From: Gnetum montanum
Taxonomy: Eukaryota > Plantae > Gnetophyta
Length of the DNA: 64,000 nt
Assembly: GCA_015680685.1 (NCBI GenBank)
Contig: MNCI01002498.1
Span: 62,001 to 126,000 of the forward strand
Direction of reading: 5' to 3'
The notes below the pieces were generated by a model. That model worked only from the letters and a program-made list of their open reading frames with translations. It did not search any database and was not told the DNA's origin. Of the stretch, positions 52,401-64,000 are shown in pieces; positions within the stretch are counted from its first letter, which is position 1, and the number at the start of each line of letters is the position of its first letter. The position numbers were made by a program, and so were the translations under genes.

Positions 52401-54478
52401 AGGGTTAAAATCTTTAGTGTATCTATCAAAGTCCCCTCTTAACTATTCATACATAATATTTTTGATCTGAGAGCCCTTGGTAAATACATCTAAGGTGGTT
52501 TAAGCCATTGCCAAGGTTTGATCATTAGTGATCAAGCCTTGATCACTGATCCTATACCTACAATAAATTCATAAAATAGAAAAGTTAGAAAAGGTAACTT
52601 AGCCAACAAAGACAAAAATATCAAAATTCTATAAAAACTAGGTTTACCCCTATAGAATTTATATGATGCTAGGTTTATTCTGAAACAACATGTGGACTCT
52701 CTGTGCCACCATCAGAGTACTGTCAACATTATACTGATAGTACCCTGGCATAGTCTAGATCTATGCAAGTGAGTGTGTGCTGATGAGGTCTATTAATTTC
52801 CCTACTACATAAGGTAGTTGATCATTAGTGATGAAATTGAAAATCAGACTAGATGCCTGAGGCGTCAATGTCTTCACTATGACTTTGAGCACATCAACAA
52901 ACAAGTGTGACCATAACATCACACTAAAGTTTTGCAGGATGTAAGCAAGGAATTCCCTTGGCCCTAGTCGAAACCATAGAGAGCCCCTCTTTAAGGTCAT
53001 GTTAGGAAAATGGGTGTTTTCCTTGGGGTGGCCAATGCAACATAGGATGCCTACTAACTCAACAGTATTGGTTTTAGCAAGGCCTTGCATTAGAAAACAA
53101 AAATATCACAACCACTTAGGATTTCTTGACAAATTTGTAAAACATCATAGTTAGGGGTGAAAATATAAGGTGTTTATTCAAATTTTTTCATGAGTTTAAT
53201 AAAAAAATTATTGCAACCCTTGTATCCATTATGCATTATAGCCAAGAATCATAACTTATTCCAAAACCATATTGACAAACAAGAATAGCCTTAAAACCTA
53301 CAAAAAAACTATAGACAAAAGCTTACTAAAAATAGTGAAATATTTGTATTTTTTATGAAACTAGCCTTAGAACATAGTTAACATCTTTCAGAATCTTTAG
53401 GAGTATGGGCCACTGACAAGAAAAATTTCTAAACATGTCAACACTACCCATCCCCAAGGGGTACATTGTTACAACCAAGGAAAACCCCTACGTGGGTGAC
53501 GGTATGGGAAAATTCATCAAAAATTAATCATAGCTTCAAATTTAATTATTACACTACCATTGGAATATTGAAATCATGAGCTACATAGCCATGACTATAA
53601 AATATGAAAATTATCATAGCATTCAATAGAAAATGAAGCAAACTGAGCAGTAACTTGACCATTATTGAAAAAGCCCTAATTAGCACAATTGTAGCAAAAA
53701 ATTCATAAAACATTTATTCTAACTCCAACCAAAGTGATTCAACCTCCTTTGGAAAGATTAAGCCAAAATATAGATAGAAATAATTGAAAAATAGCCAAAA
53801 ACCTTTCTATTTATTTGGACAAAATTCATAACTTTACATGAAATTCTAAAAAAGACCGCACAAAATCCAACTGCACAACCTAATTGAAATGGCCATAACT
53901 TCATTGTTGCAAATCCAACTTGAACAAGACCATAACTAATGGAAATCTTAAACATATAAATAAAATCCCATAACCTTGTATTAGAATAATATTTGGCCAT
54001 TTTCTTAATGAAAAATTCATAACTTTGCTTTTTTTTCATCAAAATACACTAAAAAACACATAAAATTCATAAAATATAATTTTATTTCATCATTAATTAA
54101 AGCCAAAAAAGCCATGCATCCTTAAACCCAGATAAAAACCATCAAAATATGGTATGGGATTTTGTTAGAATTTAATTTTGAAAAGTATTAAGGCTTAGAT
54201 CTGTCAAAAATAGTCCCATCCCCAAATTAATAAGAAAAAGCACATAAAATAGTAAACTTAATGTTAGAAATTGAATCTACCAAAGCCAAAATAAAAAATA
54301 ACCTTAGATATACATAGAAACAACCAAAATATGAGGTGGGATTTTGTCATAATCTCATTCTAACCCCTCCCCCAGTGTATATCTGACAAAACTGGCCCAT
54401 ACCCTAGCTAGGAAATCCCAAAAATAGCTAGAAAAATAAGAAAAATGGCTAGAGTTAGCCTACCTTGGAGTGGCCATT
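49449..54478 (-). pseudogene. Antisense multi-exon accessory gene (PMD-like domain + coiled coil) inside the protease-RT interval
   Basis: Coding-like blocks alternate with short T-rich (minus strand) introns. Intact GT..AG introns at 49524-49626, 50715-50798 and 52558-52647. Introns with one G>A-damaged site at about 50451-50573, 51025-51122 and 52156-52276. Long intron at about 53084-54463 with donor CCAAG|GTAGG. Track ORFs 51632..51895 and 52761..53090 are exon pieces. Confidence 0.75.
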
Positions 54479-54589
54479 TAACATTCTTGGACAAGACTAG
54501 CCTAGGAAGCTTAGAGATGTTTCTTTCATCCTCATCTACCTTCTTAATTCTTGGATTCTTGCTCTTCCCTCAACAATGCTTCATCTTTG

Positions 54590-57500
54590 CTACACCAACA
54601 TTGAGGAAGCTTGAGATTTGGAAGGGATGAAGCCTCTACACTAGCTAGGAGAGAGATATAGTGTTTCCATGCTAGGGATGGATGGAATTTGCAATAAAAA
54701 TATCTATTTAGATCTCTTCAAATGCTCTATTAGCTAAAATTGAAGTTATGATTGAAAATTACAAAACTTTTAAAATAAAACTAAATCAAAACCTAAACAC
54801 CTACTCCTAAGCCCTCGTTGCTAATTTTGTGCACTGGAACTCAAAGTGCACTAAAGTGCAAGTGGAAGAAAGTCTTCTCTATGCTGGGAATTATGGGAGA
54901 TAAGTGCACTTTTCGAAAGTTTGAATTTTGAGCAGTGGGCCCCATCATATGCCCTTACTCTTGGTTAGGAAACTCTATCAATGCTAGGATTTTGACCCCT
55001 TGAACACTCAAAATCATGTTTAGGCCTTAACCCTAATGCATCCACACTAGGTAGCATGGATGCATGCTTCCCACCTTCTAGAATCATTAAAACCTAACTC
55101 CCTTTCTAGTTTTGGCAACTATGACCTACCTCATCCTACCCCAAGCTTGAAAAGGGGGTTCGATCTTGTTAAAACTTGAGATTTTGGGCTTCCACACTAA
55201 GGTAACACTACCTAATGTGGACCAAAGTGGGTGACATATATTCTTATCCCATAGTTCCCATTTAACCCAGATCTAATCCCCAAAGTGGGCCCACATGACC
55301 TATAACCCCTCCAGTCATCCCGGGTAGTCCCAAAACCTCACAAAATCTAGTTTAAAGTATTTGAAACCTTAGAATTTGGTGAGTCAAAATTGGGGATTAT
55401 CTTTTCCATGTTGGGTAGCATGGATCTAGTGTGGATGGATGGGAAATGGATAAAACTACCAAAATTGATCACCTAGTAGCCATTTTAAGCCCTAACACTC
55501 CTTAACAATCTCTAGTAGCCTTGTTTGGCCTTAAAATAAGTTAATTTTATACCCATAGCTTGCTCCATGCTAGTGAACCCTCCCTCCATGTTGCCTAGCA
55601 TGGAACTAGTGTGGAAGCCCTTGAGGCATGTAATAAAACCTAATTTAGAACAAAAACTACACTAATAACCTACCCTAGTAACCTCTAGACCTTGTTGGAA
55701 CTATTTGGAGCCTCTAAGTACCTTAATATTGATTAAAAATGGCATGAAACTATCATCCCCCTCTCATCCATGTTGAGGTCACCATGCCTAGCATGGAAGA
55801 AGGGGGTTGAGTACATGAGGTACATATGAGCATCCAAATTGTTAGATTTTAGCACCAAATCTCAACCATTGATATCTGTAACCTCAAAGGCTGACATGCA
55901 TAGTTGATTTGCTATTGAAAGAGCCTAGAGCTAACACTTTTGGTTGTTTCATGTTGGGGAAGATCTCATCCATACTAGCGAATGTGGATATAACTAGGAA
56001 GATTCATGAGGGATCCTAGATACACCTGAACAATGACAAATTGCATTTTACTTATAGCAAAACCTTGTTAGCCCTTCTAGATCCCACCAAACTTCCAAAA
56101 ATCAATGAAAATGAACCCCTTAAGGATTATCCACACTGGGGATGGCCCTATCCATGCTAGGTAACCTAGCCTTAATGTGGATGGAAGGGGCTAAGACAAA
56201 ACTTGTGAAAATTTTCATGAAAATTAACTATTGGCGAAAACCCAACCCCGCCCTTTGATTCTCCATGATAGGGAGGATCCTATCCACATTGAGCATGGTA
56301 TCCCCAACATGAACAGAGAGGGGTAAGCCTAATAAACCATCTTAAAACCATCAAAGTTACTAGATCTTGACCCTAGCCTTCAACCATCAACACCAGTAAC
56401 CCTAGAAATGCACATGCATGATTGAAAGTGATAAAAAATGGTAAACAGTAGGATCCCTTAGTTCTTCCATGTTGGGAACCACCTCTTCCATGCTAGCCAA
56501 CCTAGATCTAGTGTGGATACTAAGGGTTACTCATAAATAATGCATAGACACCTCAAACTAACACCAAATAGCCTTGTATGCACCATAGGACCTTCTTTAC
56601 ACCTCACAGATCCCTCAAACTCTTTGAAATTGATCACAAATAGCCAAAATCTATGCCTCTAGGATCTTCCTAGCTAGATCCACATTGAGCATGGTGGCCC
56701 TAATGTGGAAAAAAATGGTAACATCAAAAACCACTCAGGAACACTCAAAACTATGAAATTTTAACCTGAAACCCTAGCCCATGACCTCGATAACTCTAGG
56801 AGCTAATATGCATGGTCAATTATGGTCAAAACTAGCTTGGATCTAAGATTTATGATCCATCCATGTTGAGAAAGGCCTCTTCCATGCTAGGCATCATGGA
56901 ACTAGCTTGGAAAACCTATATTTCCACTTTTGATAGTAGATTGACACTCCTAGAGACCAAAGACCTACATCAGAGAAGCGTAAGACCTCATAGCCTCAAG
57001 TTGATCCTTGTTGGACTTTGTTTTGACTCCTAAATCTCATCAACTCCCATCTTTCATACTGGAACAACTCCCCTAGTGTGGATCAAGGAAGATGTAACCT
57101 TACATAGCCTCAAACAGCCTTCAAACATGACCAAAAATTAGTCAAAAGCTTGGAAAATCATGATCTATAGTCCTAGAGGTCTAGAAAGCTAGTTGATGTG
57201 CTTTTGGACAATCCCAAAATTAAAGAACAAGGACACCCCCATTCCTCCACATTGGAGCCACCATGCTTAGCATGGAAGAAAAGGGGGAAGCTAGCCCAAC
57301 TTGCTTTGGTTCCTGAAACCCTTTGAAATGGCCTCAAAACATAGCTAGGTGTTGCACAACTACTAAATCTTGGTTCCAAATGCCCATGAAACCCTATTTG
57401 ACCTTGATTTAGCATTTTTTTAGATTACCCACATTGATCCTCCTTCCATCCACACTAGCCAACATGGAAACAACAGGATGAAGCTTCAAAGCCTACTTTT

Positions 57501-57650
57501 TAGCCTTTTTTAACCTCCAAAGTGATCAAATTGACATATTTGTCCTTGCGCTACCTTGGGAAGGCCATGGAACCTCAATTTTAGCCCTCTTGATTCCATG
57601 CAACACACTTTCCTTGGCTTCCATGCTAGCTCCAAAATGGAAGCATTAAA
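54590..57650. repeat. Periodic array (~180 bp) of short inverted-motif clusters TCCAYRYTRG...CYARYRTGGA with divergent spacers
   Basis: Clusters start near 55041, 55191, 55406, 55564, 55767, 55949, 56130, 56262, 56466, 56679, 56860, 57054, 57246, 57428 and 57595. Confidence 0.8.
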
Positions 57651-57954
57651 ACCTTTACTTTTTTAGTTGAAATAGCCTAGAAATAACCTCTATTAATGCC
57701 CAAACTTATCCAACAACCTTGTATCCTTAAACTATGACTCAATAAGGCTTCAAACTATACGTATTTCACTTTGCCTTATTTCAACCTTGTTTTACAGTAT
57801 CCTGACATGTTTTCATCATTATTACATTCTTGACCTTGTTTGGCTTGAATACTACATTTATTTCAATGTGCTTGTCTTCAATATAGCCCTATCCAGTCTT
57901 GTTTAGCCTTTGATTGGTATTGAATGGTGGGGTTATACCTTCCTTGACCACCAT

Positions 57955-58052
57955 TTGGCACCATGTGACCATGGGTCGCTAAGACCTTAAACTGCATCAT
58001 AGTCTGCTAAGACTCTAAACTGGCATCATGGCCCACTAAGGCCTTAAACTAG
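57955..58052 (+). repeat. ~29 bp tandem repeat (ggcaccatggcctgctaaggccttaaact-like), 3 copies
   Basis: gctaagaccttaaactgcatcat / gctaagactctaaactggcatcat / actaaggccttaaactag; same family as 61828-61970. Confidence 0.8.
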
Positions 58053-58439
58053 TAAGCTTGTGACTTTGTTTCCATTACATCTATCTATCTCTTCCTTTTT
58101 TATAGCTTTATATAACCCCATATGCATTTTGTTTTGACATTAGAGTAGCATATTTTGCATAATTTCATAGCCTTTTAGCATTATTTACTCATCTTTACTG
58201 AGGTGCCATCTAATGTACCTATGGTTAACATGCATGATCAAAGTATGAGTAGCTAGGAGTAGACCAGTTTAGCTGTGAGCCTAAGTGGGCCTCATGGTAA
58301 TGTTGAATGGTGTAGCAATCTCAATTGGCTAGATCTTAAGTTTTAGGATCTTGTTAATTACATAGCCTTGATAGAGAAACCTCTAGAATGGCCTAAAAAC
58401 CTAGTCAAAAACCCTTGACTTAGAGATGGGTAACTTAAC

Positions 58440-61400
58440 TGAAGACTCTCTAGTTGAGATTCCTATCATGATGCATAGTGCTAAGGAAAAAATTCTAAAA
58501 CTAAGTTCCTCACTTAAACCTCAACAGGCTCAAAACATCACCAAGGTCCTAAAAGATAATATTGAGGCTTTTGCTTAATCATATGAAGATATGCTAGGCC
58601 TAGACTTAACAAAACATCATAATAGATGTTAGAATTAGACTAGTTAAGCAAAAAGTGCACAAAATTAGACCTAATTTGGCCTTGGTAGTTCATGATAAAA
58701 TCACAATACTCTACCAAGATGGTTTCATTAGGATTGTTGACTACATAGAATGGGTGTCCAACATAGTGGTAGTCCCTAGGAAAAATGGAAGTGTCCATAT
58801 TTGCATCAATTTGTAAGACCTAAATAAGGCAACCATCAAGGATGACTTTCCTTGCCTAGTATTGATCAACTTATTTATACTATGACTGGACATGCCTTGT
58901 TGTCCTTTATGGATGGGTTCTCATAATATAACAAGATTAGGATCAACCTAGAACATCATCTTAGCATGACCTTCATGACCCCTTAGGGTATCATTTTCTA
59001 TACTATGATACCCTTTGGCCTTAGGAATGTAGGAGCAACTTACCAATGAGTCATGTCCTATATCTTCAATGACTACATGCTAGGCTTGCTCAATGATTAC
59101 GTAGATGATATAGTTGTTAAGTCCAAAGTGAGAAACAACCATGCACAGGACCTAGATTGTGTACTTAAATGATGCCTTAAGTATGAACTTAGACTTAGTC
59201 CTAAGAAGTCTATTTTTGGTGTCATGCTTAGTAAGATTCTTAGCTTTGTAGTATTTGAAGTAGGGATATGTGTCAATCTTGATAAGGTTAAGGCCATATC
59301 CAAATTAGTAGCACCTACTAACCTTAAGGAGCTTTAAGGATTATAAGGTAGATTACAATTTATCCATAGGTTTATCACTAGGCTTATAGATAAGTTACAA
59401 CCCATGCAATATTTGCTTAAGAAAGGGGTTCACTATGAGTGGATCGCTCAATGCCAAGATGCCTTTGAAAACATTAAGCAAGAGTTGGCATAGCTTTCGA
59501 TCATCTATTTCCCATAAGAGAGTAAATCATTCTACATCTATCTTGCTATCTCTAACACATCCATTACCTCTTTACTCTATCAAAAACATGATGATGAAGC
59601 AAAATTTCTAGTATACTATCTTAGTCATGCATTATTTTCCCATGAGATTTGATACACCAAGGTAGATAAGTTTATCTAGCACTTGTCTTCTCACTAAAGA
59701 AGTGGAGGCACTACCTCTTTAGGATCCAAGTCAATGTCCTTTGCAAAGACAGCATACTTAGAGTCATAACAACAAATATTTATTAGAGTAGCTATATAGC
59801 CTGATGGAAAGCCATAATAGTAGATTTTGACTTTCATTTTATCTTTGAATCCTCAATGAAAGGTCAAGCCATAACCGTACAACTTACTATTTCACTTGTT
59901 GATGACCATGCAGCCATAGATCTTGAGTTCCTTGATGAACATATCAACACTGTTAGCCTAGTGCCCAAGGGTTATGAGGTAGTCATGCACTTTGATGGAG
60001 CTTTGACTACCCATGGAACCAATTCCACTGCCATTTTAATATTTCCATCTAGTGAGATATGATCCTTCACCTACCATTTTGAGTTTCCATGCATCAACAA
60101 CATAGCAGAGCATGAGGGTTTGATCAAGGGGATGATGGTAGCTTATGACCTAAGAATAAAATGAATAATGATCAAAGTCAATTACCAACTTGTGATTAAC
60201 TAAGTAATGAAGGTCTATGCATGTAAAGCCAAACACTTACAACCTTACTATGACCTAGGGAAGCAACTATTACAATAATTCATAGATGTTAATATCCAAC
60301 ACATACCCTAGAATGAGAATGTCATAGTCAACACCATTGCAATGTTAACCCTCAATGTAATGCCAAATGTGTTTATTAAGTTATCCACCTTAATTGTGGA
60401 CTATGCTATCCCCATCATGTAAAGCGCTAAGGATACTTTTGTGGCCATAGTTCATACTACTCTTGCCAAGGAGTGGTATGATGATATCAAATTCTACCTT
60501 CTACATGGTGAATCTTCAAAAGGCCTAACTATTCCTTAAAAGGACATTGTATGTAAATGATCAAAATAGTATGTCATAGTAGGCAATAAGATATTGTGTT
60601 AATGGTCCTACGATGATGTATTGTTAAAATGCTTGGGTAACACTAAAGTTAGAACAATCCTAGAGTAGTTTCATGAGGGTATTTTTGGAGGACATATAGG
60701 ACCTAGAGTTATCACTAATAAGATTAGGTAGTTAGGCTATTATTGGTCCTATATGGAAAGTGATTGCCTATAGAAGGTTAAGATCTATGAGATGTGCCAA
60801 CGACATAGCAATCTCATTCATGTACCACCAACTAAGTTACACACTACNTACATAGCAATCTCATTCATGTACCACCAACTAAGTTACACACTACTTAGAT
60901 CACTTGGTCATTTCAATGATGGGGATTGGATATCACTGGACCTATAACACCTAAGTATTCCACAAGCTATAGCTTCATTATCACTACAACTAAATATTTT
61001 ACCAAGTGGGTTGAAGTTATTTACTTGAGAAGGATAACATATGAGCAAGTCTAGAAATTCATTTTGGATAACATAGTAGCTCATTTTGGCATACCTATGA
61101 TGATAGTTATAGATAATGGACTGCAACTCAGTAGCCAAGAAATAAAGGATTTCTATCATGACCTAGACATTAAGCATTATTTCTCATCACCTTATTACCC
61201 TCAAGAAAATGGACAAATAGAAGCAAGAAACAAGGCCATCATTAACTTCCTTAAGAAGATGCTCAAAAATAGCAAGCACAAATGGCATGAGTGGCTTGTT
61301 CATGCACTTTGGTCCTATCATACAACCTATCGTACAACAATTGGTGTAACAACCTATAGCTTGGGTTATGGTTCTAAAGCTATTTTACCTCTTAAATTGC

Positions 61401-61762
61401 ATGTACTATTGCTTTGGGTAGCCCTGCCCAACTTCATTGATGGTGAGTAGAGTAAGGAGTTGTGAATAGAAAACCTAGACTCGATGAAGGAGCAACATGT
61501 GCAAGTGCTTACTCACGTTGAGCAGCATCAAGAGAGGCAAAAATGATAACACCACCATAACTTGAACAAGTGTAAGATTAAGGAAGATGACCTGGTCCTC
61601 AAGGCTATCTGCAAGCATACAAATAAATTCTCAGCCAACTGGGAAGCATCCTTCCTTATCACTAAAGCCTAAAGATATAGAGCATTTAGGATAGCCAGCA
61701 TGGATGGGAATGAGTTGGCTATTCTAGTTAATCATTCCTAGCTAAAGCCTTCTTACATGTGA
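58440..61762 (+). pseudogene. pol: Ogre/Tat pol: RT, RNase H, additional RNase H, integrase (stops and frameshifts)
   Basis: AFA*SYEDMLGLD; EWVSNIVVVPRKNG; DLNKATIKDDFP; SFMDGFS*YNKI; PFGLRNVGATYQ; YVDD at ~59098; VYYLSH; aRH MHFDGA..NNIAEHEGLI; HHCC HEGIFGGH..GYYW..CQRH; WGLDITGP; IDNG..SSPYYPQENGQIEARNK (track ORF 61064..61450); KFSANWE; stop at 61760-61762. Confidence 0.95.
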
Positions 61763-61827
61763 CTTAGACGTGAGCTATAATAGCCATGACATCGACAACC
61801 ATCAATGAATGAGCCTACTTCACCACA

Positions 61828-61970
61828 ACCTGCCAAGGCCTTAAGTTGGCAATATGGCCTACTAAGGCCTTAAATAGGCACCATGGTTTGATATGGTCTT
61901 AAACTAACACCTTGGCCTGCCAAGGCCTTATACTAGTACCTTGGCCTTCCATAGCCTTAAACAGGCAACA
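61828..61970 (+). repeat. ~29 bp tandem repeat in the 3' UTR, about 5 copies
   Basis: cctgccaaggccttaagttggcaatatgg / cctactaaggccttaaataggcaccatgg / ... / cctgccaaggcttatactagtaccttgg. Confidence 0.85.
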
Positions 61971-62401
61971 TTGATGACTTGGGTTTCTTGGTTTTATTAT
62001 TTTATGTGACCTATATGTATTATAGTGTTATGACATGCTCTGTTTGCTTGGTTTTCTTGTCCTCTTAGAGTTGTGCTTGTAGGATGAACCTTGGAGCTAT
62101 TGCAAATGTGTAACACATTATGGAAACAAGCCACCACATGAACTTGATCTACATAATTTGTTAGTTTGTCTTGCTATGGCAAGAGAGCTTGTACCATTTC
62201 CATCCCTCTACCACCACTCCTTGAGCCCAACCCCATAGCCTCATTATGACCTTTCATACCTTGAGCAACAATGTTCACCAATGCCTAACATTTAAGCATT
62301 TATGACCATGTGACATTTTTGTTTGTCATGCTTCACTTATAAGTCCACTTGAATGTCATGCATCTCATTTAGTGGTAAATCACTAAACCCATTAGACATA
62401 A

Positions 62402-64000
62402 TGTTGGTGACCGTTTGGGACGCGACCACCAACGAGTGTCCTTGAACAGGATTTAGGTGCCTGCTGGTCTCTGGCAACACCAAGGCCCAGATACCTCCAA
62501 ATAAACTCAGTAGTTAATGTGAGTATGTGTAGAAATGTAACGATTGCGTTGCGTGTAAACTACAAATGACTTACTTTAAAGAGATTCAGCCAACTTTGCC
62601 CAGTACCGTGAGTTGTTGAAAATTTCCTATTTTGTTCAACTACCTAGTCTATGTGGTCCTTATAATACCTACTTGTAACAAATAAAATTTTGCAAAAACA
62701 TTTGAGCACAACTCCGCAATCTACTCCTAATTTTCCCCAGAGAAAGAGATAGTTCCACAAGAAAACTAGAAATAGAGCAAGATTCGATGGAAATAAGCAG
62801 AAAAGAAAAGAAAGCAGATTTGTGTAGACCTCAAATATTTAAACAAGGTAAAATGACACGAGTAAACACTTCGCAATAAAGCTATCCCAAATTCAATATC
62901 TACGAATTGTTCAAACTTCCAAGGCTCAAACAAGCAATATCTTCAAGACAATCCTACTATGCTACCAAAAATTGCTGCGTAAACTACCACGTACGAGACT
63001 CCATTTTGACTAGATAATAGATGTCAACGATTGCATTCAAACAGAACCTTTAAAAGACTTGACAATTTCTGATTGAAATACCACGGGAATTCACTTTAAA
63101 GATAAAAAGAAGCTATTCTGGTCCCATCAAAATACCAAAGATTTTCTGAACCCTCTCGACTACTGAATTGTTCAACGGCGTGACTACAAACAGAGGCTCT
63201 CTTACAACAATCCCAATAGCAGTTCCCACACGTTGCACAATAACGAAATTTACTACTAAAATGCTCTTAAGGCTTTTAAACACAAGCGCTTCTATGGCAA
63301 AATTTTAATAGAAATTTCTATCGGGCAACAAGAACAATAAGAGCAATCTAAAAATCCCAAAATTACTTGCCAAGGATGATACTATCTAAACCACTAGCTA
63401 AACAATTTAAACAAAACAAAAAATGAAATGCATAACTCACAGGACCATGACAAAGAGGCTGAAATCTTTATTCTAGCAAGCCATCTTGCAAGCAATCGTT
63501 CACAATTTCTTTACAAAGCTCTTCTCAAGACCTCGAGTATGTCTCCGAGTGAGAGCCCAAGTGTGATGTATGAGACCTCCCAAAAGTCTTCTAAGTGATG
63601 TATGAAACCCCAATTATTCCCTCCAAAAGTCCTTATCAAAAATGAAATTCCCCCTCCTTCTCTTCTTTTCTCTCCTTGAAGCCCTTTTATAGGGTTCAAA
63701 GGTAGGTAGGAAAGTTACAATTTCAAAAAAAATCTCAAAATATCTCACCTAACTTTTCTCCCAAGTAACTTGACTAACCAATTAGAAGATAACTTGCCCA
63801 ACAAGCTAGGAGAAAGTTATGTAGTTAGGGAGTTAGGAAGTTATGCATAAAATTAGGAGAATTTTATGCTAACATTAATGGAATGTGACATTAAATGTAA
63901 TGGGATAATCAATATTGCAAAAAAAATTTATGGGTAGTAACTTATATGTTTTAAAATAATTTTTCATGACTTGGGATAATTGAAGGCAAGTTTTAAAATC
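62402..64000 (-). mobile_element. Young LTR (3'/U5 end at 62402) inserted into the Ogre 3' UTR; runs off the window
   Basis: Abrupt start TGTTGG with retained CpGs; terminal hairpin gttggtg...caccaac; minus-strand TATA ctataaaagg near 63682-63691 followed by a GA-rich tract. Confidence 0.65.

Larger units (their letters stand above)
44230..62400 (+). mobile_element. Large Ty3/Gypsy Tat/Ogre-like element: LTR-like region, gag, protease, ~9.4 kb intervening region, RT, RH, additional (archaeal-type) RNase H, integrase, 3' UTR; 3' LTR not in window
   Basis: Domain motifs listed in the sub-features. aRH between RH and INT is diagnostic of Tat (Ogre/Retand). The left limit is approximate. Confidence 0.85.

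Noticed and set aside
54590-57650. CRISPR array (palindromic repeats with unique spacers)
   Set aside because: Eukaryotic retrotransposon context, degenerate repeats of variable length, spacers far longer than CRISPR spacers, and no cas genes
6083-60895. Exact ~40-60 bp direct duplications flanking single N bases (6128, 25474, 32639, 38598, 45791, 60848; a further N at 24931)
   Set aside because: Typical scaffolding artefacts of overlapping contig ends joined by one N, not biological repeats

Overview
AT-rich, strongly CpG/CHG-depleted land-plant nuclear DNA from a large, heavily methylated genome (a gymnosperm is plausible but cannot be shown from this window). There is no intact host gene. 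The window is a stack of nested, decayed transposons. From left to right it holds: a subtilase pseudogene fragment; a PIF1/Helitron-type helicase remnant; a complete pol-less Athila-like element (two LTRs, TSD ATAGG) with a long second ORF; a truncated CRM-like chromovirus; a Copia element whose integrase is split by a complete Sirevirus-like element; an old Tat/Ogre remnant carrying an Athila-related solo LTR; a large Ogre/Tat element (about 44.2-62.4 kb); and a young LTR running off the right edge. The main finding is in the Ogre/Tat element. The roughly 9.4 kb between protease and RT holds an antisense, multi-exon, PMD-like/coiled-coil pseudogene. Upstream of it is an array of a palindromic motif (inferred ancestor TCCACGCTGG/CCAGCGTGGA) repeated about every 180 bp with non-conserved spacers, and the same motif clusters in the element's LTR region. 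This may be a retrotransposon-borne sequence-specific anti-silencing module, which is inference only. A Gypsy LTR and a Copia LTR also share a homologous U3 block. All protein assignments come from manual translation and remembered family motifs; no database searches were run.
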